A stretch of DNA of 64,000 nucleotides from Cyanophora paradoxa CCMP329 (GCA_004431415.1 QPMI01000567.1:6456-70455); one strand, 5' to 3'. Shown: positions 32,624 to 46,500, counted from the stretch's first letter. The notes: generated by a model from the letters alone, not told the origin. Numbers and translations are program-made.

Positions 32624-35600
32624 CGAGACGGCGCCGGTCTTCGCGGCGACGGGGCGACCGAAGCGAAGAACGTGACGAGCGAGCCAGCGGTCTGACGGGA
32701 TCGGAGGCGGGCTCGAATTCAGAGCCGTTGCGTGGAAGAGGTTTTTATATTGAGCACCTTGGCATCAGCGAGGTTCACGCCAGACTTCGTGGCCTCCTGG
32801 TTAACGACCTGCAGTAAAAGGCTGCATTCAGACTGCGAAAGAGACCGAATAAAACGACGCTGGAATTCAAGGGCGGACGTTCATGACGTTGGTGAGGGCG
32901 CCGGAGAGGGACGAGAGGATGTCACTGCTGGCCCGGTGGTCTGACGCAGGGCGCGCCGCAGGCGCAGCTTCACGCCGGACGCGCTGCTGTAGTAGGACTT
33001 CAGCGTCTCGACCAGGGCGAGGATCTTCTGCAGCTTAGTCTCGAACGCGTCGTTGCTCTGCCGCAGGGCGTCAAGGTACGATCGCGGGCGAAGAAACCAC
33101 TGGCTGATCATGAAAGTGTCTGAAACGCGGACCTGGGTGATCGCCGTCATCTGCGAATTGAACGTGTCGACGACGCTCTGCGATGCGTGAGCAAAGTCAG
33201 ATGACAATGCAAGAGAACGGATGCTTTCGAATTTAAGAGTGAAGCACCTTGAAAGCGGCCACGGCGTCCGCGGAGGTGTTCGTGGAGACCAACGGCTTCA
33301 CCTCCACCGCAGTGGTGATGGGAAGGAGGCGGTCAGCCCCTTCGTGTCCTTGACGACGACCGTGAGCTTGGCGTCTTCGTCGTGCCGTCGTTCTGCAACA
33401 CGAAATTCATTTCCGTGCCTTGAGTGCATTAATTCTATCTAGATCTATCGAGGAAGACGCACAGAAGGAAGAAGAAGTCGATGGTCGGCGTGGTAGAGTC
33501 GATCGCGAGCGGCGAAGCGAAGATGTCGGCGCGGACGGTGTACCTGCATCAGATATTAATGTGTGCGAAAAGCTGCAGCTGACGTGCGCGTGAATGTCGA
33601 GGTCGGGCTGCTCACACGAGGGGGGTAGAAGCGGACTGCCAGCCAGAGCACGTCACCTGCGGGCAGAGTTTCAAGTTTAATTTGAACTCGTCGTGAATGT
33701 AAAGCTTGAGGCTAACTCACCGTGACCTTGTCGAGGGCCGCCTGGGCGGAGAGCGGGGAGACCGAGCACGAGCCTCCAGTGGGAGGAGAGCTGGAATCGA
33801 CCGGGCCCGGGGTCGTGACGTCGACGACGGGGGTCGGTGTGGGCTCGGGCTCGGGCGCCGGGGTCGGAGACGGCGTGGGCGTGGGGGACGGCGAAGGCGT
33901 CTGCGACGGGGTCGGTGACGGGCTGGGCGTCTGGCTGGGCGTCGGCGTCGGCGGCCGAGTCGGCTGCGGTGCGAGCGGCCCAGTAAAGACTGCCGCGAAG
34001 GTGCAGCCATCAGCACTCGCGCGCGCGCGAGGGTAATATCTGATCAACAGAGCGGTGACCACGCACGGCGCATTCCCCAAGCCTCGGGCCGCACCCACGC
34101 CGCCGGGCTCGTCAGAGCCGGGCAGGTGGTCGCAAAGCCGGTGGCCGAGTAGGTATAGGGGGTGAAGATGAAGTCGTCGTCGCTCTCGTCCGCCGTTCCC
34201 TTATCATCGAGGCTTTCCGCCTCGACCACCCTCGACAGCGTTTTTGCTGTGCAGGTCCGCGTGGTGTCAATTCGCCGGCTTCGGTAGCCTCCAACCACGT
34301 ATCTGCAACGTGCCGGGTGCATTGTGAGCGTGGCTTGCGCAAACAAAGAAAAGTATGTTACAAAACGCGCACATGTTGCAGTCACCGTCGTACGCACTCG
34401 CCCCGAACGCCAAGAGGGGGCGCTTCCGATGAGCACTTGTGAGCGCAGTGCTCGTCAGCGCCGCCTGCGAGGTGGCCTTATCGTTGATGAAGTCAGTGCC
34501 CGCCGTCCAGGTGACCGCCTTGTCCGTCGTGCCGAAGGTCATCTGGCCGGGGGACGGGAAGCTGGTGTCCAGGTACACCATGCTCGACGGGGCCGTCTTG
34601 AGGTTGGTCACGTTGCTGGCTGTGATCGCCGATTTCGCAATTAATTGCAAGGCAAACAGCGGAAACGGTATTCACGCAAGCGTATATAGTTATGAAATAC
34701 AGTCTAGTCTACTACAACCCGCAACGCACTCTGTGGATCGTAAACCGCAACGGTTGCGTCTCCGGTCCATCGCCCCTCTTTGAACATAGTCTCGTTGTAA
34801 TATACTCCGGACCACCCGCTGAAAGAGACGAGGCTGTACATGAAGAGCTTGTTGTTGCAAATCCCAACAAACGGCGCTTCAAGGGCCGCTGCGTAAGTGT
34901 CATCGACTTCTGTTAGCTCTACTCCTGCCGCCGCAGCTTCGCTTGATGTCAACGTTTTCGTTTCCGATGGCCTGGGCCAGACGTCAAAGTGCTCTGACAT
35001 GTTCCGAGCTTGCAAGTCGATGACACTGCAATGCATACCCGGGGCCGTCACGCAAATGAAATGAAAGGATGTAAATATAATCAAGAACAGCTCAAACAAA
35101 TTTGCGCACAAGAGGGTGTTCATTGCTGAAGACGCGACGTAACCATCGAATGCATCTTTCGTTTCGACCCCGCCAACGACGTACCAGTTCTTCCCTGTGA
35201 TAATGGTGCGCATGCGTTGGCCGTCTTTTGCGCACAGCAAAAAGCAGCATCGCACCGTCGCGAGCGCAGCTCATGAAGGCGTTCTTCCGAATTTTATTGC
35301 CCAATGTGTCCTGGTTCAGTGTCCCAGCGTCATCATATTCCGGCGGGTTGGGAAAATCGAGAATCGTCTCCCACGTGCCGTTCGTGATGTTGTACCTGCA
35401 CAATTTCGGTACCGTTATGAATCTTCAGAAACGTTTGCAGTAATCGATAAGCACCGCGCGCACCGGTAAATGTTGATATTTGCGCCGGAGTTCCCATCCG
35501 GAAGCCCATACACCCCGCCCACAATCTATGAGGTGCGAAAATTGACTTCAATATAAAAAACTTGTAAGCAGTATGACTATAATAGATAATTGTACCCAGA

Positions 35601-36623
35601 CGCCATCTTCGAAGACAGTCATGCACGCGCCGTAGACCCACCGTTCGGAATGGGCGCGAGCTCGGTGATCGTTCCCAGGCTGGTGTCCACGCTGTAGAAC
35701 TTGTCGGAGGAGAGCGGATACTGGGGAACCTTCGCCGAATTTTCATCGTTCGAATCCAACAGATCGTACTTGAAGCCCGAGACGCCGCCGCCGCAGTAGA
35801 TCCTGCTGGACTCGCCGACGACCTCGTCCCAGGCGCAGTGCGACCAGATCGTTGCGTTCGGCGCAGTGAGCGGCGCCTTCGTGAACGACCAGACCGAGAT
35901 AGGGCCGCCGCCTGCGTTTTCCCGACATCATGATTAGCTGGTTACATAAACAGCCGCATCATAGCTATCTCCAAAGACTTCTGCGCAGAAACGAACGCAT
36001 CGAAGAACAAACGCACTGATATCTGCGGACCAGAAGTCGTCTAGCAGCGCTGAAGTGACAGCCTGCATAGTTGTCACTCCCGCAACGCTCTTGTGCTTCC
36101 ATATCTGGTCATAAAAGATTGCTCCATCGGGTTGCGGGTTTGGTACTTGGACACTGTCGTAAGGTCGCCACTCCTCGAACGCGTCTCCGCTGCCGCCCTT
36201 CTGGCCGCCGTGGATGAGCATCCGGGCGTTGCCCGAGGGGTCCTTGTAGTACACGCTGGCCGCCCCGCCCGCTTGAGCGTCGGGTTGGCGGTGGCCGCCT
36301 GGTTGAGGCCGTCATTGTACAGCGTGCGGATGTGGTACTCGGCTGCCGCAGTGCGTAGCGCGTTAGCGCGCATGCGGAGCTCGAGATCTAGAGGCCGCAT
36401 CGTGCATGTTTATTATGCGTATTCAAGCCCGGAAGGCCATGATCATGAGGGCACACTCAGGTCGGGAAAGCCGCGCGCTACACCTATATATCCCATGGCC
36501 AGCAGCGTGCGCACCTGACACGCCGGAGAAGGCGGCGGCCAGGAGCGCGATTGCAAGCGCCAGGAGCGCGCCTGTGCCTGCGGCCGGACTCCCACGACGC
36601 ATCGTTATCTTCAACTTAGCCAT
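32624..36623 (-). pseudogene. Duplicate of the kelch-like host gene with indels
   Basis: Colinear with 10766-14773; several 1-bp deletions. Confidence 0.65.
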
Positions 36624-36932
36624 ATATCCGTGGCCGCCAGGCGTCTAGAGCTAGACTCTAGATCTAGTACAGCCGCTGAACTGCGAACTGCTGCTGGCCC
36701 AGTGCATGCGCAGCCTGCTGCTGCTCCTGAGCTCAAGATCTCAGAGTCTGTGAGGCTGTGTGCCACAGACTGGCTCACAGTGAGCAGGTCCGACGGTCAG
36801 AGCGACCGTTGCAAAAAGCGTTATTTTTTGTCCCATATCAGAGAAGCTGATACTTCAAATACTCCATCGCCAACCTCTAGAATAGAAACTGAAATAGTAG
36901 ACTCAGTTGTACTAGGCCCCGTAACTAGGGTA

Positions 36933-37193
36933 CCGTAGAGCAGGAAAATAGTGGGCCGGAAATTAGTGGACTAGAAAACTTGGCCCTCCCTTAGGCAAAA
37001 TACTGGAGCCCGAAATTAGTGGACCAAAACCTTCTCAGGCTTGTATGGGGCGGTAATTTTGGGGGGTACTGTATGGGGCAGCCTAGCAGCAGGGAAATAC
37101 TGGAGCCCGAAATTAGTGGACTGAGTCAAGTTTTCGGTCCACTAATTTCGGGCTCCACTAATTTTCTGCGTCCAGTATTTTCCTGCTCTACGG
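36933..37193. mobile_element. Second copy of the MITE
   Basis: Same TIRs and TA flanks as 15084-15344. Confidence 0.85.
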
Positions 37194-38324
37194 TAGCAGA
37201 ACTTCGGAAGCCAACTTAAGCTTGAAGGCCGGGCCTCCTCCGAGTCAGAGGCTCCGACTACCGTGTATTCGGCGTGTAATACTTAATTAGTGCGCCACAA
37301 ATCACTGCCGCAGTGCGCCACTCACGCGGCCGAGTCACTGAGTCCGCGGCGCGGCGGCGCCGCCGCGCCGGCCGTCCGCCGACTCGGCGCCCAGTCGGAC
37401 GCGGTCGATCGGCGGACTCGGCGGCGGATCCCGGACTCCTGGACCCGGAGTCGGCGCCGACGTCGACTCGCGAGTCGCGATCGCCGCCGAGTCGGCGGCG
37501 AGACCGTGAGACTCTGATCATGCATGATGAGAGTCCGGGGCCTCCGGGATCCGGGCGGCTGTCCGGCGCCGCCGCGCCGATGATCGCGATCTCAGCCGAT
37601 TCTCAGGATCTCGGCCCGGGGCCCGGGGCCGGGGCGGCGGGGCCGGGCCGGCGACCGCGGCCCGTCCGAGCCGACTCCGAGGGCCCGTCCGGCGTCCGGT
37701 CGCCCGCCGAATCCGATGATCGCGATCGGCGCCGATGAAAATTAATTAAACTCGGCGTCCCGGCCCGGGTCCCGCCGCCGGCGCCGGGCTGCCGGGCCGA
37801 TCCGGATCGACTTCCGGATTCCGGATCGGACTCCGGGATCCGGTCCATTCGAATTCGAATTCGGAGTCCGGACTCCGGACCCGGGACTCCGGGACCGTCG
37901 GACTCGCGATCGGCCCGGATCGGGGATCGAGGCCGCGGCCGGGCGGATCCTGAATCCTGATGATGTCATCATGATCATCGATATCATGATCATGGCATGA
38001 ATTCTTTTTTATGTGAATAAATGTGCGTATAAAAACCGTATATACGTGCGTATATATATACACGCGTACGCATATATGGCAATATATGCCTTTCCGAGTT
38101 TCCCTTAAGCGCCGGCCGGGCTTGCTCGACGGCCGCATCGATATTGTCGGCGAATATAAATATATATTATAATTTGTCGCCGTCGGCGCCACGGTAGTAA
38201 TCGGTACTGTACCAGCCTGACAGTGTACCCGGGTGATGCGGCACATGATCGTCGCTAGCTTCGCTCCGTTCCGAACTAAGTACTGTAGGAATGCTTTTTT
38301 AGCCGATGTTTTAAATTGCCGTAT

Positions 38325-41300
38325 TATTTCTACATGCATCATTGAAGTTGTCCTTCTAACCCAGGGCATGCGCAGAGCCGGCTCTGCCTTCGCGTACGCG
38401 TGCGCCCTCGGGCGCGTCGCCGTGACGCGACGACGGTAATGGTGGCCACTCCGCCCCGGATGCCCCGTGCGCCATCCCTTCCCCCGCGCCGGGCCCCGCG
38501 GCGCTCCTCTGAGGCGGCGGGACAGGCCGCGGGCGGCTGTGGTGAGCGGGCAGGCCCTCGCGGCCTCCGCCCAGCAGATCATCGCCGCCTCCGCCTCGGG
38601 CGTCGGCGTGTGCGCGCCGGCCCCCGCCCCGGCCTCCCGCCCCCGGCGCTTGCTGAGAAACAAGCCGCAAGCCGGCGGGGCGCGGGGCGCTGCGGCTCAT
38701 GGAGGTGGCGGCGCTCGTCCTCGCCGCCGCCCTCAAGGCCGGCAACGAGCGCCTGTGCGCCGGCCGCCCCGCCCCGCCCCCGCCCCGCCCCGCCGCCTCG
38801 CCCTGAGGGGCGCGGGGTGCCCAGCAGCCTGACGATGGCGGCGGACAAGTACGCGAGGCTCTTTGCGCACGCCGACGCCCCGCGGCCCTCGCCCTGCAGC
38901 TCCTCCACCGCCACCGCGTCGACCCCCCGCTCCTCGCCGCCCCCATCGCCCACCCCGCCCGCTTCTCCTCGTCGCCCTCCTCGGCCTGCCCCGCCCCGCC
39001 CGCTCGTCCCTCGCAGGGCCTGACGGGGCGGGGCGGGGGCAGATCCCGGGGCGGCCTCCTTCACGCCCCTCTTCCGGGCGCACGCGGCCGGCGCCTGAGA
39101 CCGCGCCATCGCCATGCAGGCGCCCGGACCCTCCCGCCCCGCCCCGCCCCGCCCGCCCCGCCCCGCGCCCTCTGACGGAGCCGCAGGGCGCGCCCCCGCC
39201 GCCCCTCCCTGCCCTCGTACACATCCCCGAACTCCTCTTCTCCCTCGTCTCCAGTGCGCCGTACCCCTCCCGAACCCGGCGCGGCGCCTCGTACCCCGCC
39301 CCGACGCCGGCGCCGCTCCGGCAGACGTCGACGCGCCGCTGGTGGCCGGCTCGGCGACCTCTTCCACGAGCTCCCAGCCACGCCAGCGAGCTCCCCAGCC
39401 ACGCCAGCAGGCCCGTACCCCCCCCAACTAGACTCGGCGTACCCCCTCAACCCCGGGCGCGCAGGGCGATGTACAGGGCGCTGCTGGAGGTGCTGGGGGC
39501 CCGGTACCCCCAGGACATCGGTCAGGCCTGCCTGGCCGCCGCCGTCGTCCTCCCCGAGCCCCCATGGGCGCCCCCGCCGGCGCGCCGCTGGCGCGCTGCA
39601 GCACCGCCGGCCGGCGCCGCCGGGCTGCACGGGCGCCGCCACGGGCCCGCCGGCGCCTCCCAGCAAACACGCTGCTCAACCGTCCGTGCGAGCTTTCTTC
39701 GCCCCGCCCCTCCCCCCTCCCCCCTAGCTTGCTTCGTCCGCCGTTTTTTGGAGCGGATCCAACGCTGCCGTTTTTTCGCCCCTCCCCCCCCCTCCCCCTC
39801 TGCCGTTTTTTGGAGCGGAACCAACGCTGACGCTGGCCGTGCAGCACGCATCCGCCGGCAAAGAGCTCTGACTGACTGAATTCGACTGGCGGTGCAGTGG
39901 GTTAGACGTTGCTGTAGCTGCAGCAACGGCGGCCGGGGAGGCTGATCGCGGTGCCGTCCTGCCCCGCCCACCCGAGCATGCGCAGCGGCTTCTGACGGTG
40001 CCGCGCCTCTTGGGCCAGGAAGCTGGCGGAAGCCCGGAGCCAGTGACCATCGCTGTTCCAGCCTGGCTAGCGGATCACACGTACGCCCGTACCCTTCCGC
40101 GGCATCAATATATAACCCCTCCCCGCTCATTCGCTCCGCACTACAGGCAGGAAGCAGCGAAGCAGAGAGCAGCGCGCGCCCGAGTTCTTCTGCAGCGACG
40201 TCGACCGGCCGAGAGGAAGTCAATTTGATCCGTCATATAGGGGCAGGAAAGCATGTAGAAAGCGTTTCAGGAAGCATTTTTAGATCAGTGTAGATGCGCT
40301 ACAATGTCTGAGCAGCGTTTGGTAGTCGGCAACCCGAGAAATTCGGTCTGCCAGCTGCCATACAAACCCAACCACTGGTGGTTGGGAATGTATGGCAGTT
40401 GGCAAGCGAGGGGTACGGGGAAATCCGTGCAAATCGGGCGAGAATTGTGTTAATTTACGACAAAATTACGACATAAAATAGACCGAATTACCTAATTTTG
40501 GGGGGAAGAAACACGAAAATTGCGCTATTTTATCGAAATTCCGGCTCCCACCCCCGATCAAAATCCCCACCGTGTGGCACCAAATTAAAATATTGAGCAC
40601 GAAATTGGCCACTTCCTAGCGCAAGCTCTAGGTCGCCGGGCCGGCGCTCCTCGCCCAGGCGCGTACAGACTCCGCGCATGTTCCAACGCCTTCATAGACA
40701 TATATATAAGATAGAGCACCCCTGTGAAACTTCAGAATCCGGGTTCTCAATAGTAGGCGGGCCTTAGCGCGAAATTGCCTAGGGGCGGCATCGAACCCGG
40801 GTTGTTCCATTCCAACAGAATTCTTGAAGTTCGGGTACCTTTAGCTGGACTTAACAATAGGAAGCTAGCGACTCCGTGACGGGCCGGAGGTTCCTAGCGA
40901 GCTTAGCTGGGTTTATGAGAAGGCTCTATTTCTACATGCATCATTGAAGTTGTCCTTCTAACCCAGGGCATGCGCAGAGCCGGCTCTGCCTTCGCGTACG
41001 CGTGCGCCCTCGGGCGCGTCGCCGTGACGCGACGACGGTAATGGTGGCCACTCCGCCCCGGATGCCCCGTGCGCCATCCCTTCCCCGCGCCGGGCCCCGC
41101 GGCGCTCCTCTGAGGCGGCGGGACAGGCCGCGGGCGGCTGTGGTGAGCGGGCAGGCCCTCGCGGCCTCCGCCCAGCAGATCATCGCCGCCTCCGCCTCGG
41201 GCGTCGGCGTGTGCGCGCCGGCCCCGCCCCGGCCTCCCGCCCCCGGCGCTTGCTGAGAAACAAGCCGCAAGCCGGCGGGGCGCGGGGCGCTGCGGCTCAT

Positions 41301-44300
41301 GGAGGTGGCGGCGCTCGTCCTCGCCGCCGCCCTCAAGGCGGCAACGAGCGCCTGTGCGCCGGCCGCCCGCCCCCGCCCCCGCCCCCGCCCCCGCCGCCTC
41401 GCCCTGAGGGGCGCGGGGTGCCCAGCAGCCTGACGATGGCGGCGGACAAGTACGCGAGGCTCTTTGCGCACGCCGACGCCCCCGCGGCCCTCGCCCTGCA
41501 GCTCCTCCACCGCCACCGCGTCGACCCCCCGCTCCTCGCCGCCCCCATCGCCCACCCCGCCCGCTTCTCCCTCGTCGCCCTCCTCGGCCTGCCCCGCCCC
41601 GCCCGCTCGTCCCTCGCAGGGCCTGACGGGGCGGGGCGGGGGCAGATCCCGGGGCGGCCTCCTTCACGCCCCTCTTCCGGGCGCACGCGGCCGGCGCCTG
41701 AGACCGCGCCATCGCCATGCAGGCGCCCGGACCCCTCCCGCCCCGCCCCGCCCCGCCCCGCCCCGCCCGCGCCCTCTGACGGAGCCGCAGGGCGCGCCCC
41801 CGCCGCCCCTCCCTGCCCTCGTACACATCCCCGAACTCCTCTTCTCCTCGTCTCCAGTGCGCCGTACCCCTCCCGAACCCGGCGCGGCGCCTCGTACCCC
41901 GCCCCGACGCCGGCGCCGCTCCGGCAGACGTCGACGCGCCGCTGGTGGCCGGCTCGGCGACCTCTTCCACGAGCTCCCCAGCCACGCCAGCGAGCTCCCC
42001 AGCCACGCCAGCAGGCCCGTACCCCCCCCCCAACTAGACTCGGCGTACCCCCCTCAACCCCGGGCGCGCAGGGCGATGTACAGGGCGCTGCTGGAGGTGC
42101 TGGGGGCCCCGGTACCCCCAGGACATCGGTCAGGCCTGCCTGGCCGCCGCCGTCGTCCTCCCCGAGCCCCCATGGGCGCCCCCGCCGGCGCGCCGCTGGC
42201 GCGCTGCAGCGCCGCCGGCCGGCGCCGCCGGGCTGCACGGGCGCCGCCACGGGCCCGCCGGCGCCTCCCAGCAAACACGCTGCTCAACCGTCCGTGCGAG
42301 CTTTCTTCGCCCCGCCCTCCCCCCTCCCCCCTAGCTTGCTTCGTCCGCCGTTTTTTGGAGCGGATCCAACGCTGCCGTTTTTTCGCCCCTCCCCCCCCTC
42401 CCCTCTGCCGTTTTTTGGAGCGGAACCAACGCTGACGCTGGCCGTGCAGCACGCATCCGCCGGCAAAGAGCTCTGACTGACTGAATTCGACTGGCGGTGC
42501 AGTGGGTTAGACGTTGCTGTAGCTGCAGCAACGGCGGCCGGGGAGGCTGATCGCGGTGCCGTCCCTGCCCCGCCCACCCGAGCATGCGCAGCGGCTTCTG
42601 ACGGTGCCGCGCCTCTTGGGCCAGGAAGCTGGCGGAAGCCCGGAGCCAGTGACCATCGCTGTTCCAGCCTGGCTAGCGGATCACACGTACGCCCGTACCC
42701 CTTCCGCGGCATCAATATATAACCCCTCCCCGCTCATTCGCTCCGCACTACAGGCAGGAAGCAGCGAAGCAGAGAGCAGCGCGCGCCCGAGTTCTTCTGC
42801 AGCGACGTCGACCGGCCGAGAGGAAGTCAATTTGATCCGTCATATAGGGGCAGGAAAGCATGTAGAAAGCGTTTCAGGAAGCATTTTTAGATCAGTGTAG
42901 ATGCGCTACAATGTCTGAGCAGCGTTTGGTAGTCGGCAACCCGAGAAATTCGGTCTGCCAGCTGCCATACAAACCCAACCACTGGTGGTTGGGAATGTAT
43001 GGCAGTTGGCAAGCGAGGGGTACGGGGAAATCCGTGCAAATCGGGCGAGAATTGTGTTAATTTACGACAAAATTACGACATAAAATAGACCGAATTACCT
43101 AATTTTGGGGGGAAGAAACACGAAAATTGCGCTATTTTATCGAAATTCCGGCTCCCACCCCCCGATCAAAATCCCCACCGTGTGGCACCAAATTAAAATA
43201 TTGAGCACGAAATTGGCCACTTCCTAGCGCAAGCTCTAGGTCGCCGGGCCGGCGCTCCTCGCCCAGGGCGCGTACAGACTCCGCGCATGTTCCAACGCCT
43301 TCATAGACATATATATAAGATAGAGCACCCCTGTGAAACTTCAGAATCCGGGTTCTCAATAGTAGGCGGGCCTTAGCGCGAAATTGCCTAGGGGCGGCAT
43401 CGAACCCGGGTTGTTCCATTCCAACAGAATTCTTGAAGTTCGGGTACCTTTAGCTGGACTTAACAATAGGAAGCTAGCGACTCCGTGACGGGCCGGAGGT
43501 TCCTAGCGAGCTTAGCTGGGTTTATGAGAAGGCTCTATTTCTACATGCATCATTGAAGTTGTCCTTCTAACCCAGGGCATGCGCAGAGCCGGCTCTGCCT
43601 TCGCGTACGCGTGCGCCCTCGGGCGCGTCGCCGTGACGCGACGACGGTAATGGTGGCCACTCCGCCCCGGATGCCCCGTGCGCCATCCCTTCCCCCGCGC
43701 CGGGCCCCGCGGCGCTCCTCTGAGGCGGCGGGACAGGCCGCGGGCGGCTGTGGTGAGCGGGCAGGCCCTCGCGGCCTCCGCCCAGCAGATCATCGCCGCC
43801 TCCGCCTCGGGCGTCGGCGTGTGCGCGCCGGCCCCCGCCCCGGCCTCCCGCCCCCCGGCGCTTGCTGAGAAACAAGCCGCAAGCCGGCGGGGCGCGGGGC
43901 GCTGCGGCTCATGGAGGTGGCGGCGCTCGTCCTCGCCGCCGCCCTCAAGGCCGGCAACGAGCGCCTGTGCGCCGGCCGCCCCGCCCCCGCCCCGCCCCCG
44001 CCCCGCCGCCTCGCCCTGAGGGGCGCGGGGTGCCCAGCAGCCTGACGATGGCGGCGGACAAGTACGCGAGGCTCTTTGCGCACGCCGACGCCCCCGCGGC
44101 CCTCGCCCTGCAGCTCCTCCACCGCCACCGCGTCGACCCCCGCTCCTCGCCGCCCCATCGCCCACCCCGCCCGCTTCTCCCTCGTCGCCCTCCTCGGCCT
44201 GCCCCGCCCCGCCCGCTCGTCCCTCGCAGGGCCTGACGGGGCGGGCGGGGGCAGATCCCGGGCGGCCTCCTTCACGCCCCTCTTCCGGGCGCACGCGGCC

Positions 44301-46138
44301 GGCGCCTGAGACCGCGCCATCGCCATGCAGGCGCCCGGACCCCTCCCGCCCCGCCCGCCCCGCCCCGCCCCGCCCGCGCCCTCTGACGGAGCCGCAGGGC
44401 GCGCCCCGCCGCCCCTCCCTGCCCTCGTACACATCCCCGAACTCCTCTTCTCCCTCGTCTCCAGTGCGCCGTACCCCTCCCGAACCCGGCGCGGCGCCTC
44501 GTACCCCGCCCGACGCCGGCGCCGCTCCGGCAGACGTCGACGCGCCGCTGGTGGCCGGCTCGGCGACCTCTTCCACGAGCTCCCCAGCCACGCCAGCGAG
44601 CTCCCCAGCCACGCCAGCAGGCCCGTACCCCCCCCCAACTAGACTCGGCGTACCCCCCTCAACCCGGGCGCGCAGGGCGATGTACAGGGCGCTGCTGGAG
44701 GTGCTGGGGGCCCCGGTACCCCCAGGACATCGGTCAGGCCTGCCTGGCCGCCGCCGTCGTCCTCCCCGAGCCCCCATGGGCGCCCCGCCGGCGCGCCGCT
44801 GGCGCGCTGCAGCGCCGCCGGCCGGCGCCGCCGGGCTGCACGGGCGCCGCCACGGGCCCGCCGGCGCCTCCCAGCAAACACGCTGCTCAACCGTCCGTGC
44901 GAGCTTTCTTCGCCCCGCCCTCCCCCCTCCCCCCTAGCTTGCTTCGTCCGCCGTTTTTTGGAGCGGATCCAACGCTGCCGTTTTTTCGCCCCTCCCCCCC
45001 CTCCCCCTCTGCCGTTTTTTGGAGCGGAACCAACGCTGACGCTGGCCGTGCAGCACGCATCCGCCGGCAAAGAGCTCTGACTGACTGAATTCGACTGGCG
45101 GTGCAGTGGGTTAGACGTTGCTGTAGCTGCAGCAACGGCGGCCGGGAGGCTGATCGCGGTGCCGTCCCTGCCCCGCCCACCCGAGCATGCGCAGCGGCTT
45201 CTGACGGTGCCGCGCCTCTTGGGCCAGGAAGCTGGCGGAAGCCCGGAGCCAGTGACCATCGCTGTTCCAGCCTGGCTAGCGGATCACACGTACGCCCGTA
45301 CCCCTTCCGCGGCATCAATATATAACCCCTCCCCGCTCATTCGCTCCGCACTACAGGCAGGAAGCAGCGAAGCAGAGAGCAGCGCGCGCCCGAGTTCTTC
45401 TGCAGCGACGTCGACCGGCCGAGAGGAAGTCAATTTGATCCGTCATATAGGGGCAGGAAAGCATGTAGAAAGCGTTTCAGGAAGCATTTTTAGATCAGTG
45501 TAGATGCGCTACAATGTCTGAGCAGCGTTTGGTAGTCGGCAACCCGAGAAATTCGGTCTGCCAGCTGCCATACAAACCCAACCACTGGTGGTTGGGAATG
45601 TATGGCAGTTGGCAAGCGAGGGGTACGGGGAAATCCGTGCAAATCGGGCGAGAATTGTGTTAATTTACGACAAAATTACGACATAAAATAGACCGAATTA
45701 CCTAATTTTGGGGGGAAGAAACACGAAAATTGCGCTATTTTATCGAAATTCCGGCTCCCACCCCCCGATCAAAATCCCCACCGTGTGGCACCAAATTAAA
45801 ATATTGAGCACGAAATTGGCCACTTCCTAGCGCAAGCTCTAGGTCGCCGGGCCGGCGCTCCTCGCCCAGGGCGCGTACAGACTCCGCGCATGTTCCAACG
45901 CCTTCATAGACATATATATAAGATAGAGCACCCCTGTGAAACTTCAGAATCCGGGTTCTCAATAGTAGGCGGGCCTTAGCGCGAAATTGCCTAGGGGCGG
46001 CATCGAACCCGGGTTGTTCCATTCCAACAGAATTCTTGAAGTTCGGGTACCTTTAGCTGGACTTAACAATAGGAAGCTAGCGACTCCGTGACGGGCCGGA
46101 GGTTCCTAGCGAGCTTAGCTGGGTTTATGAGAAGGCTC
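38325..46138. repeat. 2.6-kb tandem array, block 2 (3 units)
   Basis: Anchors at 40633, 43241 and 45844; ends exactly after the 295-bp segment, at GAAGGCTC. Confidence 0.95.
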
Positions 46139-46500
46139 ATTGCCGAGAGGCCGAATTCGGCAATTTAGAGCCGCGGCAATTCTCAGGGGGTAGGGCTAAA
46201 AGGCCGCTTTTGTATGGCGCCATCGAAGAAATCCAGAATATCGGCAATTTATCGCCACGGCAATTCTGGTTTTGGTCGAAATCGGCAATTTAACTACGCG
46301 GCAATTTAAGCATTCCTACAGTAGTTCGACTCCTAGCGAATTACTAGGAGCACCATCGTATATACGTAGAGGTTTGCTTGAAGGCCCGGCCACAGGGCCA
46401 CAGCTGCAGGCTGCAGCCTGCAGCTCGCGGCAGGCGCCGGCAGCTGCAGCCTCGCGCGCGTATATACAGTAAATTAAAGTTGACTCATCGATCAGTGAAG

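Larger units (their letters stand above)
28939..38324 (+). repeat. 9.4-kb direct duplicate of 7073-16477 (virus end, host gene, MITE, left TIR)
   Basis: Colinear identity; the differences I saw are 1-bp deletions, mostly in homopolymers. Confidence 0.95.
16436..46321. mobile_element. Large TA-flanked TIR DNA element carrying tandem arrays; no recognisable transposase
   Basis: Left CTGTAGGAATGCTT-ttttaGCCG-N6-TAAATTGCCG matches the reverse complement of the right end (CTGTAGGAATGCTT-aaattGCCG-N6-TAAATTGCCG); TA at 16434-35 and 46322-23; CGGCAATT subterminal repeats at 46139-46310; second left end at 38283. Confidence 0.72.

Noticed and set aside
20138-46022. Many Arg/Gly/Pro/Ala-rich ORFs in the 2.6-kb units
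   Set aside because: Expected from stop-poor, very GC-rich DNA; frames differ between copies and no recognisable domain or transposase motif is present.
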